From positions 16,081 to 80,080 of the IMG/VR virus record IMGVR_UViG_2747842506_000001: a stretch of 64,000 nt of DNA, one strand, 5' to 3'. The translations under genes and the position numbers were made by a program. This document shows positions 47,109-56,457 of the stretch, piece after piece (positions within the stretch are counted from its first letter, which is position 1; each line of letters starts with the position of its first letter). Below the pieces are notes generated by a model. The model saw only the letters and a program-made list of their open reading frames with translations, did not search any database and was not told where the DNA came from. The DNA is from a virus (taxonomy: Duplodnaviria; Caudoviricetes).

Positions 47109-50100
47109 ATGGCTTTTGGCGACAAGTATGCAGCGTATTTCGATATCAACCCTGACTATTTTCCGGTAGTTGATCAAAACGTCATCAAACAAAATCCTGA
47201 CATGTGGAAAAGCTTTTACCCGCATGAAACATTCCAGAATTTGCTACGAGACGTTGAAAAAATCCTTACTAGAAAAAATAAACTTTCTCTTTGGGTCGAA
47301 GGTGCTTATGGTACAGGTAAATCCCATGCCGTTTTGACTCTCAAAAAATTACTTGATGCAAATGAAAACGAAGTCAAAGAGTATTTTGAAAAATTCCAAT
47401 TAGAAAATGACTTTTTGAATAAGTTTCAAAATGCAAAAAATGGTGGCAAGATTTTAACTGTTCACCGCTATGGTTCTTCCAAGATTAAGGGTGATGCCGC
47501 CCTTGCATTTGCTGTTCAAGAAAGTATTGAACACGCAATGAAAGATGCGTGTATAGAAAATAAAGAATCAAATGCATTAAAGGAAGGTTTGCTGCAATGG
47601 CTAGAAGATTCGGCAAACAAATCTTATCTGAATAATATTCTTGAACAAGAAAAAACTCGCTTCGGCGGCGACGATGTAGAATCCGTTATAAAGAAGCTTG
47701 CCACCCTTGAAGGTGATGCCTTGATGGAATTGATGGACAAACTGTTCCAGGTTGCTGAGAAAAGACAGCTCAAATTCCTAGACTTGGACACGAAAAGGCT
47801 TGGTGCTTGGATTCGTGAAATCATCGAAAAAAATGATTTGAAAGCTTTGGTGTTCATTTGGGATGAATTTACCGAATTTTTCCAGAATAATTTACACAAC
47901 CTTACTGGGTTCCAGGAACTTGCAGAATTGAGCGCTTCAATTCCGTTCTATTTGATCATTGTCACGCATAAGAGTGAAGGTCTATTTAGCGATTCCGATA
48001 GTGACAAAAAGAAAATTCTTGGAAGATTCGTTTCGCCAACATGTAATATTGAATTGCCTGAAAATATGGCTATTAAACTTATCGGCCAGGCTCTAGAAAA
48101 GAAGGACGATCCAACTCTTCGTAAAGAATTTGAAGAGAGCATTGAAGCCGTTGCTGATGATACTCGCGAGCCAAGAATGGCTTTGGTCAAGAAAATGCAT
48201 CTGGATGAAAACGACATGGTCAAGGTTCTGCCGATTCATCCGTATTCTGCTATTTTGCTGAAATTTATCTCTGCCGCATTCGAATCAAATCAACGAAGCA
48301 TGTTTAAATTCATTAAGGATGGCTCCGACGATGAGGATATGAAAGGTTTCCAATGGTTTATCAAAAATTATGGTCCAACAGATGATATAAACCTTTTGAC
48401 CATTGATATGCTTTGGGATTTCTTCTATGAGAAAGGAAAGGATGGCTTAAGTCACGATGTTCGCATGATTCTGGATTGTTTTAATCATGCAGAAAATAAG
48501 AGGCTTAATGGACGAGAACAGCGTATTTTAAAAACAGCTCTCCTTTTGCAGGCGATCTCTGAACGTACTGGCAATAGCGTAGATATTCTTATTCCTACAG
48601 CGGAAAATATTCAAAATGCCTTTAAGGGAGATAATGAAATATCTTCTGTAGAAGCAACATTGAATCAGCTTGACAAGGATCAAATTTTATTCAAGAAAAA
48701 TGCTGGCGGAAACAAGTATATTTATTCAGCCCTCATGGGAGGTGGTGTTGATCCTGATGAAATGAAGAGATATTTGGAAGAAGCTTCCAAAACAACAACA
48801 CAGGCGTTACTTGCTGAAGGTTCGTTTGATAGCTCGATGCTTAGCTTGCCTGGAGATATCCAGCTGCGTTACAATGTTGATATCGCAACCTGTGACAATA
48901 TCGAAGCGATAAAGCAAAAGGTTCGTGGTCGAGAAAACGGAAATAAGATCTCAGTCATTTTTACTTTTGCAAAAAATGACAACGAACAGGCCGTTCTTTC
49001 TAAGAAACTGAAAACCTTTGCTGCTGATCCGGCATTAAACAATATTGTTTTTGTAGACTCTTCTGTAACACCTTTGGGCGCTGATGGGTGGAAGCAATAT
49101 GTCGAAGCTAAGGCAAATGTTAAGTATTTCACAGGAAAAGACAATAACCAAGCAAATCAGTACAGTAAGTCTGTAATGGAAATTCTCCAGAAATGGAGAT
49201 CCCGCATAACATCTGGCGAATTTCTCGTTTACACAAAAAATGACCAGGGCGGAGAACGTGTCAGCAAGTTAGATGATTTGCATAGCAAGTTGAAGGGAAT
49301 CAACAAGCAAGAATATCCCGATTCCCTGGAAGCCTCTTTCAACGTTACAGATTATATGTGGAAGTCTGCATCCATGCCGATGGGTGTTGAACTCGGTGCA
49401 AAACAGGAAATAGTAAATGCGTTCCGTTCTTCAAGCGAGGCCACAAAAATCGAAAATCAGCTTTCCGGGGCATGGCAGGTTTCCGAATATTGGGAAAAGA
49501 GTCCCTATTTGACTATATCTAAAATAAAAATTGCAGTTGACAAATTGATTGCTGAACGATTCAAGGCAGAGGGGAAGATCGCTGTTGGCGATATTTTCGA
49601 TATGCTGTCGGGGAAGCCGTTTGGTTTCATTCCTTGTAATTTATCCGCATTCATGCTTGGCTTTGTTTTAAAGGAATATGTAGACAAGTTTAGTTATAGT
49701 GATGGAACAGTAAGTGAATCTTTAACAATCACAAAATTAAAAGAAGCTGTATCAGAATATTTGAAGAACGTTCAAGTTCCGAATAATCATTATAAGCCCA
49801 AATACATTGTAACGATGTCTAAAGAAATGAAGGCTTTCTTTGACATTACTGCAACTGCATTCAATGTTCCTAAAAGTTCTTTAGTTTCTATTGAATCTGC
49901 TCGAGATAAGATTCGAATGAAAATGAAAGAATTTGCGTTCCCTGCATGGGTTTTCAAGTCTCTTATAACTGCAGATCGAGTAAAGTCCGACGCTGCGCTC
50001 GTTGAAAAGGTTATTACCAATTATACCGGAATCGCAAACAGCAATAATTTGGGACAAGAGGGTGCCGAATCAACGTATGCTCATTTCATTGGTAGTGAGT

Positions 50101-51299
50101 CTTTAAAAAATCCTGGACTTGCCGAGGATTTGAAAAATCTTCTGACCAAGGAAAATAGTATTGAAGCGATGAAGGTTTATTTGCAAGGCTACGAAAATGG
50201 TAAGTTACCTGCATTGGCCGAAAGCATCGGTGATAGCGCTTTTGAATACATTTCTTCCATCAAAGAAAAACTAAGCGCAGAATCTTCTAACTGGTTGTGG
50301 AATGAAGAAACTTCTATTAGGAAGATTAACGAAACAATTCTTGAATATCAGATTGTGGAAGAATCCAATAAACTGATGAGTAAAACGAGTTCTCTCCGAG
50401 ATTGTTTGAATGATTGGAGAAGTCGCTGCGACCGTATTAAGGTTTCATATGCTGCTGCTAAAAATGAATTAACCCACATATCTCACATTCTCGAAGCTTT
50501 ATTGGAAGTAAAACGCACACTTTCGTTGCAAGAAAGTCAAAAACAAAAGTTTTATGATGCTGTATGTGCAGAAGGCTCCGCTTTCTTTGAGTTCTATAAC
50601 AACCAAATTTCCATTTTTAGGTCTGTTTGCAAAGACTACCTAAACGGATTTGGCGATGATAGTGTTCAAACAATCTATGACAAGATCTCTGTAAATGCTT
50701 TTACAAAAGACAAACCTGAATTCATGAATGAAATCGGGCGTCTAATTGATGATTTCAAGCGCTCGATGGGTGCTGAAAAATTGAAAAAGCTTTGGAAAGA
50801 TAAAACTGGTACAACTTCGCCAAAGGAATGGTCTAATAAGAACTCCATGCCGATCTTGGCGATGGTTCCAGAAAATGAAGTCGTCCTTGCCCGTCGCGTT
50901 TTTGATTGCATTAACCGAAAGAGTTCCGACGAGCATAGTGTCAATGAAGCTCTTGATTATTTAAATTCTGCAGAATTCTTTGATAATTTAAAGAACGAAA
51001 ACTCACGCAATGAAGCTTTCCAAAGGATTATTCTCAAGGATTATTCTGTTTTATTGTCTAAAATCGAGACTGTCAAAACATCCCTAAAGGGAGAGCTTTC
51101 TGCAGAACCCTATGATTGGTATGGTTTACCGGAAGTTGATGCAAAGGTTAAATACCTAGCGGAACGCAATTACAATCAGAATGGATACCAAAAGGCCCTT
51201 GAAAAAATTGAAAGTATGGATACCGAAAAGGTTAAGGAATACTTGAAAGATCTTATTAAGGGCAATATGAAAGTTGGTATGGAAATTATCAAAGGATAA
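47109..51299 (+). CDS. brxC: BREX ATPase BrxC-like (1396 aa)
   Basis: Walker A GAYGTGKSH, Walker B LVFIWDEF, LPIHPY, SNQRSMF; between brxP and pglZ. Confidence 0.8.
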   Translation: MAFGDKYAAYFDINPDYFPVVDQNVIKQNPDMWKSFYPHETFQNLLRDVEKILTRKNKLSLWVEGAYGTGKSHAVLTLKKLLDANENEVKEYFEKFQLENDFLNKFQNAKNGGKILTVHRYGSSKIKGDAALAFAVQESIEHAMKDACIENKESNALKEGLLQWLEDSANKSYLNNILEQEKTRFGGDDVESVIKKLATLEGDALMELMDKLFQVAEKRQLKFLDLDTKRLGAWIREIIEKNDLKALVFIWDEFTEFFQNNLHNLTGFQELAELSASIPFYLIIVTHKSEGLFSDSDSDKKKILGRFVSPTCNIELPENMAIKLIGQALEKKDDPTLRKEFEESIEAVADDTREPRMALVKKMHLDENDMVKVLPIHPYSAILLKFISAAFESNQRSMFKFIKDGSDDEDMKGFQWFIKNYGPTDDINLLTIDMLWDFFYEKGKDGLSHDVRMILDCFNHAENKRLNGREQRILKTALLLQAISERTGNSVDILIPTAENIQNAFKGDNEISSVEATLNQLDKDQILFKKNAGGNKYIYSALMGGGVDPDEMKRYLEEASKTTTQALLAEGSFDSSMLSLPGDIQLRYNVDIATCDNIEAIKQKVRGRENGNKISVIFTFAKNDNEQAVLSKKLKTFAADPALNNIVFVDSSVTPLGADGWKQYVEAKANVKYFTGKDNNQANQYSKSVMEILQKWRSRITSGEFLVYTKNDQGGERVSKLDDLHSKLKGINKQEYPDSLEASFNVTDYMWKSASMPMGVELGAKQEIVNAFRSSSEATKIENQLSGAWQVSEYWEKSPYLTISKIKIAVDKLIAERFKAEGKIAVGDIFDMLSGKPFGFIPCNLSAFMLGFVLKEYVDKFSYSDGTVSESLTITKLKEAVSEYLKNVQVPNNHYKPKYIVTMSKEMKAFFDITATAFNVPKSSLVSIESARDKIRMKMKEFAFPAWVFKSLITADRVKSDAALVEKVITNYTGIANSNNLGQEGAESTYAHFIGSESLKNPGLAEDLKNLLTKENSIEAMKVYLQGYENGKLPALAESIGDSAFEYISSIKEKLSAESSNWLWNEETSIRKINETILEYQIVEESNKLMSKTSSLRDCLNDWRSRCDRIKVSYAAAKNELTHISHILEALLEVKRTLSLQESQKQKFYDAVCAEGSAFFEFYNNQISIFRSVCKDYLNGFGDDSVQTIYDKISVNAFTKDKPEFMNEIGRLIDDFKRSMGAEKLKKLWKDKTGTTSPKEWSNKNSMPILAMVPENEVVLARRVFDCINRKSSDEHSVNEALDYLNSAEFFDNLKNENSRNEAFQRIILKDYSVLLSKIETVKTSLKGELSAEPYDWYGLPEVDAKVKYLAERNYNQNGYQKALEKIESMDTEKVKEYLKDLIKGNMKVGMEIIKG

Positions 51300-51302
51300 C
51301 TC

Positions 51303-53585
51303 ATGAAGCTGGACGTCTGCATAAAAAAGGCTAAATCGTACCTTTGCTCTGATAAAACATTCCCTATTTGGATTGATTTCCAAAATGTGGATGCGATGAA
51401 TGAGTTTCTCAACGAAGTTCATGGACCGCGAAAGAATGCGTCAAAATATTGTTTTGAAGATCAAACACTTCGTTTTGATGATCTACTTTCTGGCTTTTGC
51501 ATTGATGATTACCAAATTTTATGCGGACTATCCGGTTTTTTGATGCTTGAAGGCGCCAACCGCATTCAGGAATGTATATCTACACTATTGCAGCAAAATG
51601 TAGGAAATCAAAAAAAGATTATTGTCACTTTGCACTGTAGCGATTACTACCAGATTCTTGACCCAAGACAAAAGGAAAGACAAATCCTTTTGGTTGATGG
51701 AATTTCCGAAGATCATCAAAAAATAATTCTTGTTCGGAAGGAATTTTTCCTTAGTGAAGGAGCACATCCTTATCATGGCATTAACTCTATTGGGGATGTT
51801 TACGCGTCGAATAGCTCAGGAACGAATTATATCCTTACTGAAAAACGCAAAATAGATTTTCCGGAATCTCTAATTCCAATAGAGGAAATCAACGATGCGT
51901 ACGACGTCCTTTGCAGTAAGGATTCCTTGACATATAAACTTTCAAAGATTGTGGGTTCTTCAGAACAATGGAATTTCGCACTTGACTTAATGTCAGTGCG
52001 CGGAAGTTGGATTCAGATTTTTGATCAGGAATTTGGAAATAGCAAATCTTTAAATAGTGAATTTTCAAAGTATTGCAGCTGGGACGAAAATTTCAAGTGG
52101 CTCTATTTCATCGGTCTGAAATTGTTCGGTTCCCAAAACATCTGTTTGAATAGCGTTGTTGACGATATTGATTTCGACTGTGACCTTGTTAAAGCTGTCG
52201 TTAGAAGTCCTCTTGAAAAAGACCCAAGTGAGAGTGATTATTGGATCTTTTACGAATCTAGATTGGCATTACTAAGGAATGTTGAAGAAACCAAGTCTTC
52301 TGAAATCGCTTCTTATGTTGCAATAGTTGAAACAAAAAAAGAAGCCATGCTTCCTTATCTTTCTTCGTTATCAAAGATTGAACGAGAGAAGGTAATTGAA
52401 TACTTGGATTTATATGGTTCATCATTGGATTTGAATGAACTGAAACGCATTCTTGAACATGTATATCCAGAACTGGTTTGGTATCTCTCTGAATATGATT
52501 TGTCGAATGATTTTACAAACAGTTATTTCAACCAGTACAAGTTGCAGAAATTGCTTAATCATTTGAATGGTGACTTTATCAATTTGGTTCATGAAGAAGC
52601 AAAAAATCGTTCTTTCTTCAAACTATGGCAACCCCGTTCCTCGTATCTTGAAAAACTTGATCCTGAAAATGTATCGGTGTATTTCATGGATGCAATGGGC
52701 GTGGAATTTCTTGGATATATCCACAAGAAGTGTGAACAAAATGGTTTGTTCATGAACGCAGTGGTTTGTCGATCGGAATTACCGTCTTTGACCAGGTTCA
52801 ACAAAGACTTTGTTGACTATTTTACGTCCAAAAACGTTAAAATAAAAGATGTTAAAGACATAGATGAAATTAAGCACGAAGGAAAGCAAAATTTCAACTA
52901 TGAAAAAACAAAGTTACCTTTGCATTTGATTTCTGAGCTGGAAATTTTAGACGAAACAATCCTTTCTGTTAAAAGAGAACTGAATTCCGGAAAAATATCA
53001 AAGAGCTTCCTAATTGCAGACCATGGCGCATCTAGGCTTGCCGTTCTATACGAACAGGATTACGAGTTGGAAGTTGATTCTGTGATAAGTCATGGCGGGC
53101 GAGTTTGCGAATACTCCGATAAGTCTGCCAGCTTAGAAGAAACAACTGTCGCAGAGTTGGATGATGGTTCAAAGTTCTGTGTAGTTGCTGGGTATCGACG
53201 CCTTAAAGGCGGGAGAAAGCCTAGCGTAGAAATTCATGGAGGCGCAACTCTTGAGGAAGTTGGAGCTCCTATTATTGAAATCACTTTAAAACGTGATGAC
53301 ATTGAAGTTTGGGCTGTTGAAAAGAACATCACTGCAGGCTTTGGAATAAAGGCCTATTTTGAAATCGGTTCTAATACAATTTTGAAAAATGTTTCTATTG
53401 AAATTGATGGTAAAATGCTCAATGCTTTAGAAAATTCTGGAAAAACGTTCAAGTTTGAAGTCCCCAAATCAATCAAAGCAGGCGATTATAGCATAAAAGT
53501 TTATGAAGGGAAAAATTTGATTTACTCCGGTGTGAAATTTACATTGAAAAAGAAGCAAGGTTCTGAAAGGAATATGGGACTTTAG
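51303..53585 (+). CDS. pglZ: BREX-4 PglZ alkaline-phosphatase-fold protein
   Basis: YFMDAMG, LPSLT, DEIKH, IADHG, HGG metal-binding motifs. Confidence 0.85.
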   Translation: MKLDVCIKKAKSYLCSDKTFPIWIDFQNVDAMNEFLNEVHGPRKNASKYCFEDQTLRFDDLLSGFCIDDYQILCGLSGFLMLEGANRIQECISTLLQQNVGNQKKIIVTLHCSDYYQILDPRQKERQILLVDGISEDHQKIILVRKEFFLSEGAHPYHGINSIGDVYASNSSGTNYILTEKRKIDFPESLIPIEEINDAYDVLCSKDSLTYKLSKIVGSSEQWNFALDLMSVRGSWIQIFDQEFGNSKSLNSEFSKYCSWDENFKWLYFIGLKLFGSQNICLNSVVDDIDFDCDLVKAVVRSPLEKDPSESDYWIFYESRLALLRNVEETKSSEIASYVAIVETKKEAMLPYLSSLSKIEREKVIEYLDLYGSSLDLNELKRILEHVYPELVWYLSEYDLSNDFTNSYFNQYKLQKLLNHLNGDFINLVHEEAKNRSFFKLWQPRSSYLEKLDPENVSVYFMDAMGVEFLGYIHKKCEQNGLFMNAVVCRSELPSLTRFNKDFVDYFTSKNVKIKDVKDIDEIKHEGKQNFNYEKTKLPLHLISELEILDETILSVKRELNSGKISKSFLIADHGASRLAVLYEQDYELEVDSVISHGGRVCEYSDKSASLEETTVAELDDGSKFCVVAGYRRLKGGRKPSVEIHGGATLEEVGAPIIEITLKRDDIEVWAVEKNITAGFGIKAYFEIGSNTILKNVSIEIDGKMLNALENSGKTFKFEVPKSIKAGDYSIKVYEGKNLIYSGVKFTLKKKQGSERNMGL

Positions 53586-53593
53586 AGGTACTT

Positions 53594-55033
53594 ATGTCAG
53601 AAAAATTAAGAGAATGTTTTGACGAAATGGTCGTTTTTAAGGACCTTAGAAAAAGCAATTTTTTTGCAGCTTTAAGTTTGCCTTCTTTTTTACGTGATTG
53701 GATGTTAAAAAAGTTTGAAGATGAAAACGGTGAATTTGATACTGAAGAAATCGGTGAGTTCATTCGCAAATACTACCCTCGTAAGGAAGAGTGGATTGGC
53801 ATCAAAGATCGTATTATAACCGATGGCGAGCACGTTAAGATTCTTGCTAAAATTTCAGTTGATATTGATATCAAAACTGGAGAAAAATCTTTCGCACTTC
53901 CTGATTTTGGACTGATGAATAAGGAGACCATCATTGACGCAAATGTTTGGGAAGATTGTAAGGAAGAGTTAAAGAAAGCAAAAGAACAGTGGGGCATTGT
54001 AGAGTTGGGGTATCGATATCCAGATGAAACTTTGCATCAGCATGGAAAGATAAAGCTTGTTAGTTTTACGAATTTCTGCCCTTATGAAATTGATCTTGAA
54101 TTTTACAAGGATGTTCGCAAGGAATTCTCGACTGAAGAATGGTTGGATGTTTTGCTTGGCGCCATTGACTATAATGCAGCTGGTTACTCTTCTCGTGTAG
54201 AAAAGCTAACTATGCTCACAAGATTGCTTCCTTTTATTGAAAAAAGGTTGAATTTAATTGAGTTGGCACCGAAAGGAACCGGAAAATCTTATTTATTCGG
54301 TCGAGTCAGCAAATTCTGCTGGCTTTCGTCTGGCGGAACAATGACTCGCGCAAAAATGTTTTATGACATAAGCAAGCGTGCAGAAGGTTTGGTTTGTAAC
54401 AATGATTTTGTCGCTCTTGATGAAGTTCAGACCATTGACTTCGGAAATGTTGATGAAATGCGCGCTGCAATGAAAGGATACATGGAGGCGGGTGAATTTA
54501 CCGTCGGAACTTATAAGGGCGTAGCTGATTCTGGTATCATTCTCCTGGGAAACATTTCTCAAGATTCAATGGATGAATGCAAGAACATGCTTTTCGAACT
54601 TCCCGAAGTATTCCATGAAAGTGCTTTAATCGATAGATTTCATGGGTTTATTAAGGGGTGGGATATTCCCCGTATGCATGATGATTTGAAGATTTCAGAA
54701 TGGGCATTAAATTCAGAATACTTCTGTACAATCTTGCACATGCTTCGTGATGATGGAAGTTACAGACATATTGTTGATTCATTGATTGAAGTTCCTGAAA
54801 AAGCTGATACTCGAGATACTGAAGCTGTAAAACGCATCTGTACAGCTTATTTGAAGTTATTATTCCCGAATGTTCGAAATGCCCACGATGTGGACCTGAG
54901 AGACTTCCAGGATTATTGTTTGCGTCCTGCAAGAAGGATGCGCCAAATCATTAGAAACCAGCTGGGATTCCTCGATCCTGAATATAAGGGAAAAGATGTT
55001 CCTTCTTACGGTTTGAGAACAGACTATGTCTAA
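53594..55033 (+). CDS. brxL: BrxL AAA+ protein (short form, no C-terminal Lon protease domain evident)
   Basis: NLIELAPKGTGKSY, VALDEVQ, ILLGNI, SALIDRFHGFIKGW, RDTEAV. Confidence 0.88.
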   Translation: MSEKLRECFDEMVVFKDLRKSNFFAALSLPSFLRDWMLKKFEDENGEFDTEEIGEFIRKYYPRKEEWIGIKDRIITDGEHVKILAKISVDIDIKTGEKSFALPDFGLMNKETIIDANVWEDCKEELKKAKEQWGIVELGYRYPDETLHQHGKIKLVSFTNFCPYEIDLEFYKDVRKEFSTEEWLDVLLGAIDYNAAGYSSRVEKLTMLTRLLPFIEKRLNLIELAPKGTGKSYLFGRVSKFCWLSSGGTMTRAKMFYDISKRAEGLVCNNDFVALDEVQTIDFGNVDEMRAAMKGYMEAGEFTVGTYKGVADSGIILLGNISQDSMDECKNMLFELPEVFHESALIDRFHGFIKGWDIPRMHDDLKISEWALNSEYFCTILHMLRDDGSYRHIVDSLIEVPEKADTRDTEAVKRICTAYLKLLFPNVRNAHDVDLRDFQDYCLRPARRMRQIIRNQLGFLDPEYKGKDVPSYGLRTDYV

Positions 55034-55223
55034 CAAATGCGTTGCATGTGGAAAAGAAAAGTTGGAAAGGGACGAAATTGCAATCTGCAAGAAACTCCTT
55101 GGAACTAAAACTCCATCTTTTTTCTGTCTTGATTGTCTAGCGGGTCATTTAAATACAACCGTTGAAGAAATAAAAGACAAAATCGAAGAATTTAAATCTG
55201 AAGGTTGCAAACTGTTCAAATGA
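55026..55223 (+). CDS. Small zinc-binding protein (65 aa)
   Basis: CVAC...CLDC plus C-terminal GCKLF; overlaps both neighbours. Confidence 0.75.
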   Translation: MSNKCVACGKEKLERDEIAICKKLLGTKTPSFFCLDCLAGHLNTTVEEIKDKIEEFKSEGCKLFK

Positions 55224-56335
55224 CGGAACCCCGAATGATTTACGCGGATAATGCAGCGACAACAAGATTGGATGATGACGCCCTTGAAGCGATGCTTCCT
55301 TTTTTAAGGGGGCAGTTTGCAAATGCTTCTCAGCCTTATTCCTTTTCAAGGACTGCAAAGAAGGCCTTAAAAGAAGCTCGAGAGAATATTGCGTCTTGCA
55401 TAAATGCAAATCCGGAAAACATATTGTTTACGTCCTGTGGAACGGAAAGCGATAATTGGGTGACTAAAGGACTTGCATTAGCTCATTCCAAAGATTGGAA
55501 AATAGCAACAAGCTGTATCGAGCATCATGCAATTCTCAATCCATGCAAATGGTTAGAAACTGCAGGATATAAGGTAGACTATTTTCCTGTTGATTCAAAG
55601 GGAATTGTTGTTGTAGATTCTTTTGAAGGAATCAGTTTAGCGTCTATAATGTTTGCAAACAATGAAATCGGTTCTATTCAGCCGATTAAAAAGTTGTGCC
55701 GTATGGCTCATGATTCCGGAGCTCTGTTTCACACTGACGCAGTCCAGGCTGTAGGGCATCTTAAAATTGATGTCAAAGAACTGGATGTAGATTTTTTATC
55801 CGCATCGGCGCATAAATTTAATGGTCCCAAAGGAATAGGCTTTCTTTATGCGAAAGAGCCTTCTAAATTGCCTGCATTGATAAATGGTGGTGCTCAAGAG
55901 TTTGGCCTTCGTGCAGGAACAGAAAATGTAGCCTCTATTGTTGGTATGGCTGCTGCACTCAGGAAAAATTGTTTGGAAATTGAATATAATTCAAGAAAAC
56001 TTTTATCTCTAGAAAAAAAATTGCTCCAGATGCTGAGAGATAAAGGGATATGTTATATTAGAAACGGTGCAGAAAACCATATTCCCGGAAACATCAGCTT
56101 ATCCTTTAAGGATCAGGATGGGGAAGCTTTGCTCCATCGCCTTGATTTTGCTCATATTTGTGTGTCAACTGGGTCCGCATGCGATAGTGAAAATACCCAG
56201 GTTTCCCATGTGTTGCGTTCTATTGGTTTACCAGATGTTTATGCAAGAGGAACTATAAGAATTTCTCTTGGACGCGATAATACAGAAGAAGATGTTGTTG
56301 CGATTTCAAATGCGCTCATTTCTATTTTGTCATAA
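55220..56335 (+). CDS. Cysteine desulfurase (IscS/DndA-like)
   Basis: YADNAAT, IEHHA, HTDAVQ, SAHKFNGPKG (PLP lysine), RAGTEN, STGSAC. Confidence 0.95.
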   Translation: MTEPRMIYADNAATTRLDDDALEAMLPFLRGQFANASQPYSFSRTAKKALKEARENIASCINANPENILFTSCGTESDNWVTKGLALAHSKDWKIATSCIEHHAILNPCKWLETAGYKVDYFPVDSKGIVVVDSFEGISLASIMFANNEIGSIQPIKKLCRMAHDSGALFHTDAVQAVGHLKIDVKELDVDFLSASAHKFNGPKGIGFLYAKEPSKLPALINGGAQEFGLRAGTENVASIVGMAAALRKNCLEIEYNSRKLLSLEKKLLQMLRDKGICYIRNGAENHIPGNISLSFKDQDGEALLHRLDFAHICVSTGSACDSENTQVSHVLRSIGLPDVYARGTIRISLGRDNTEEDVVAISNALISILS

Positions 56336-56457
56336 GAAAATGAATCTTTGAAAAATGCTGTAGATTTCATTTCCCAATCTAGTATTTTAGGTATTGTCAA
56401 ATATAACAGAGTACGTTAATCGTCGAAATATTTTTATCCGTCTTTTTTTTCGTACAT

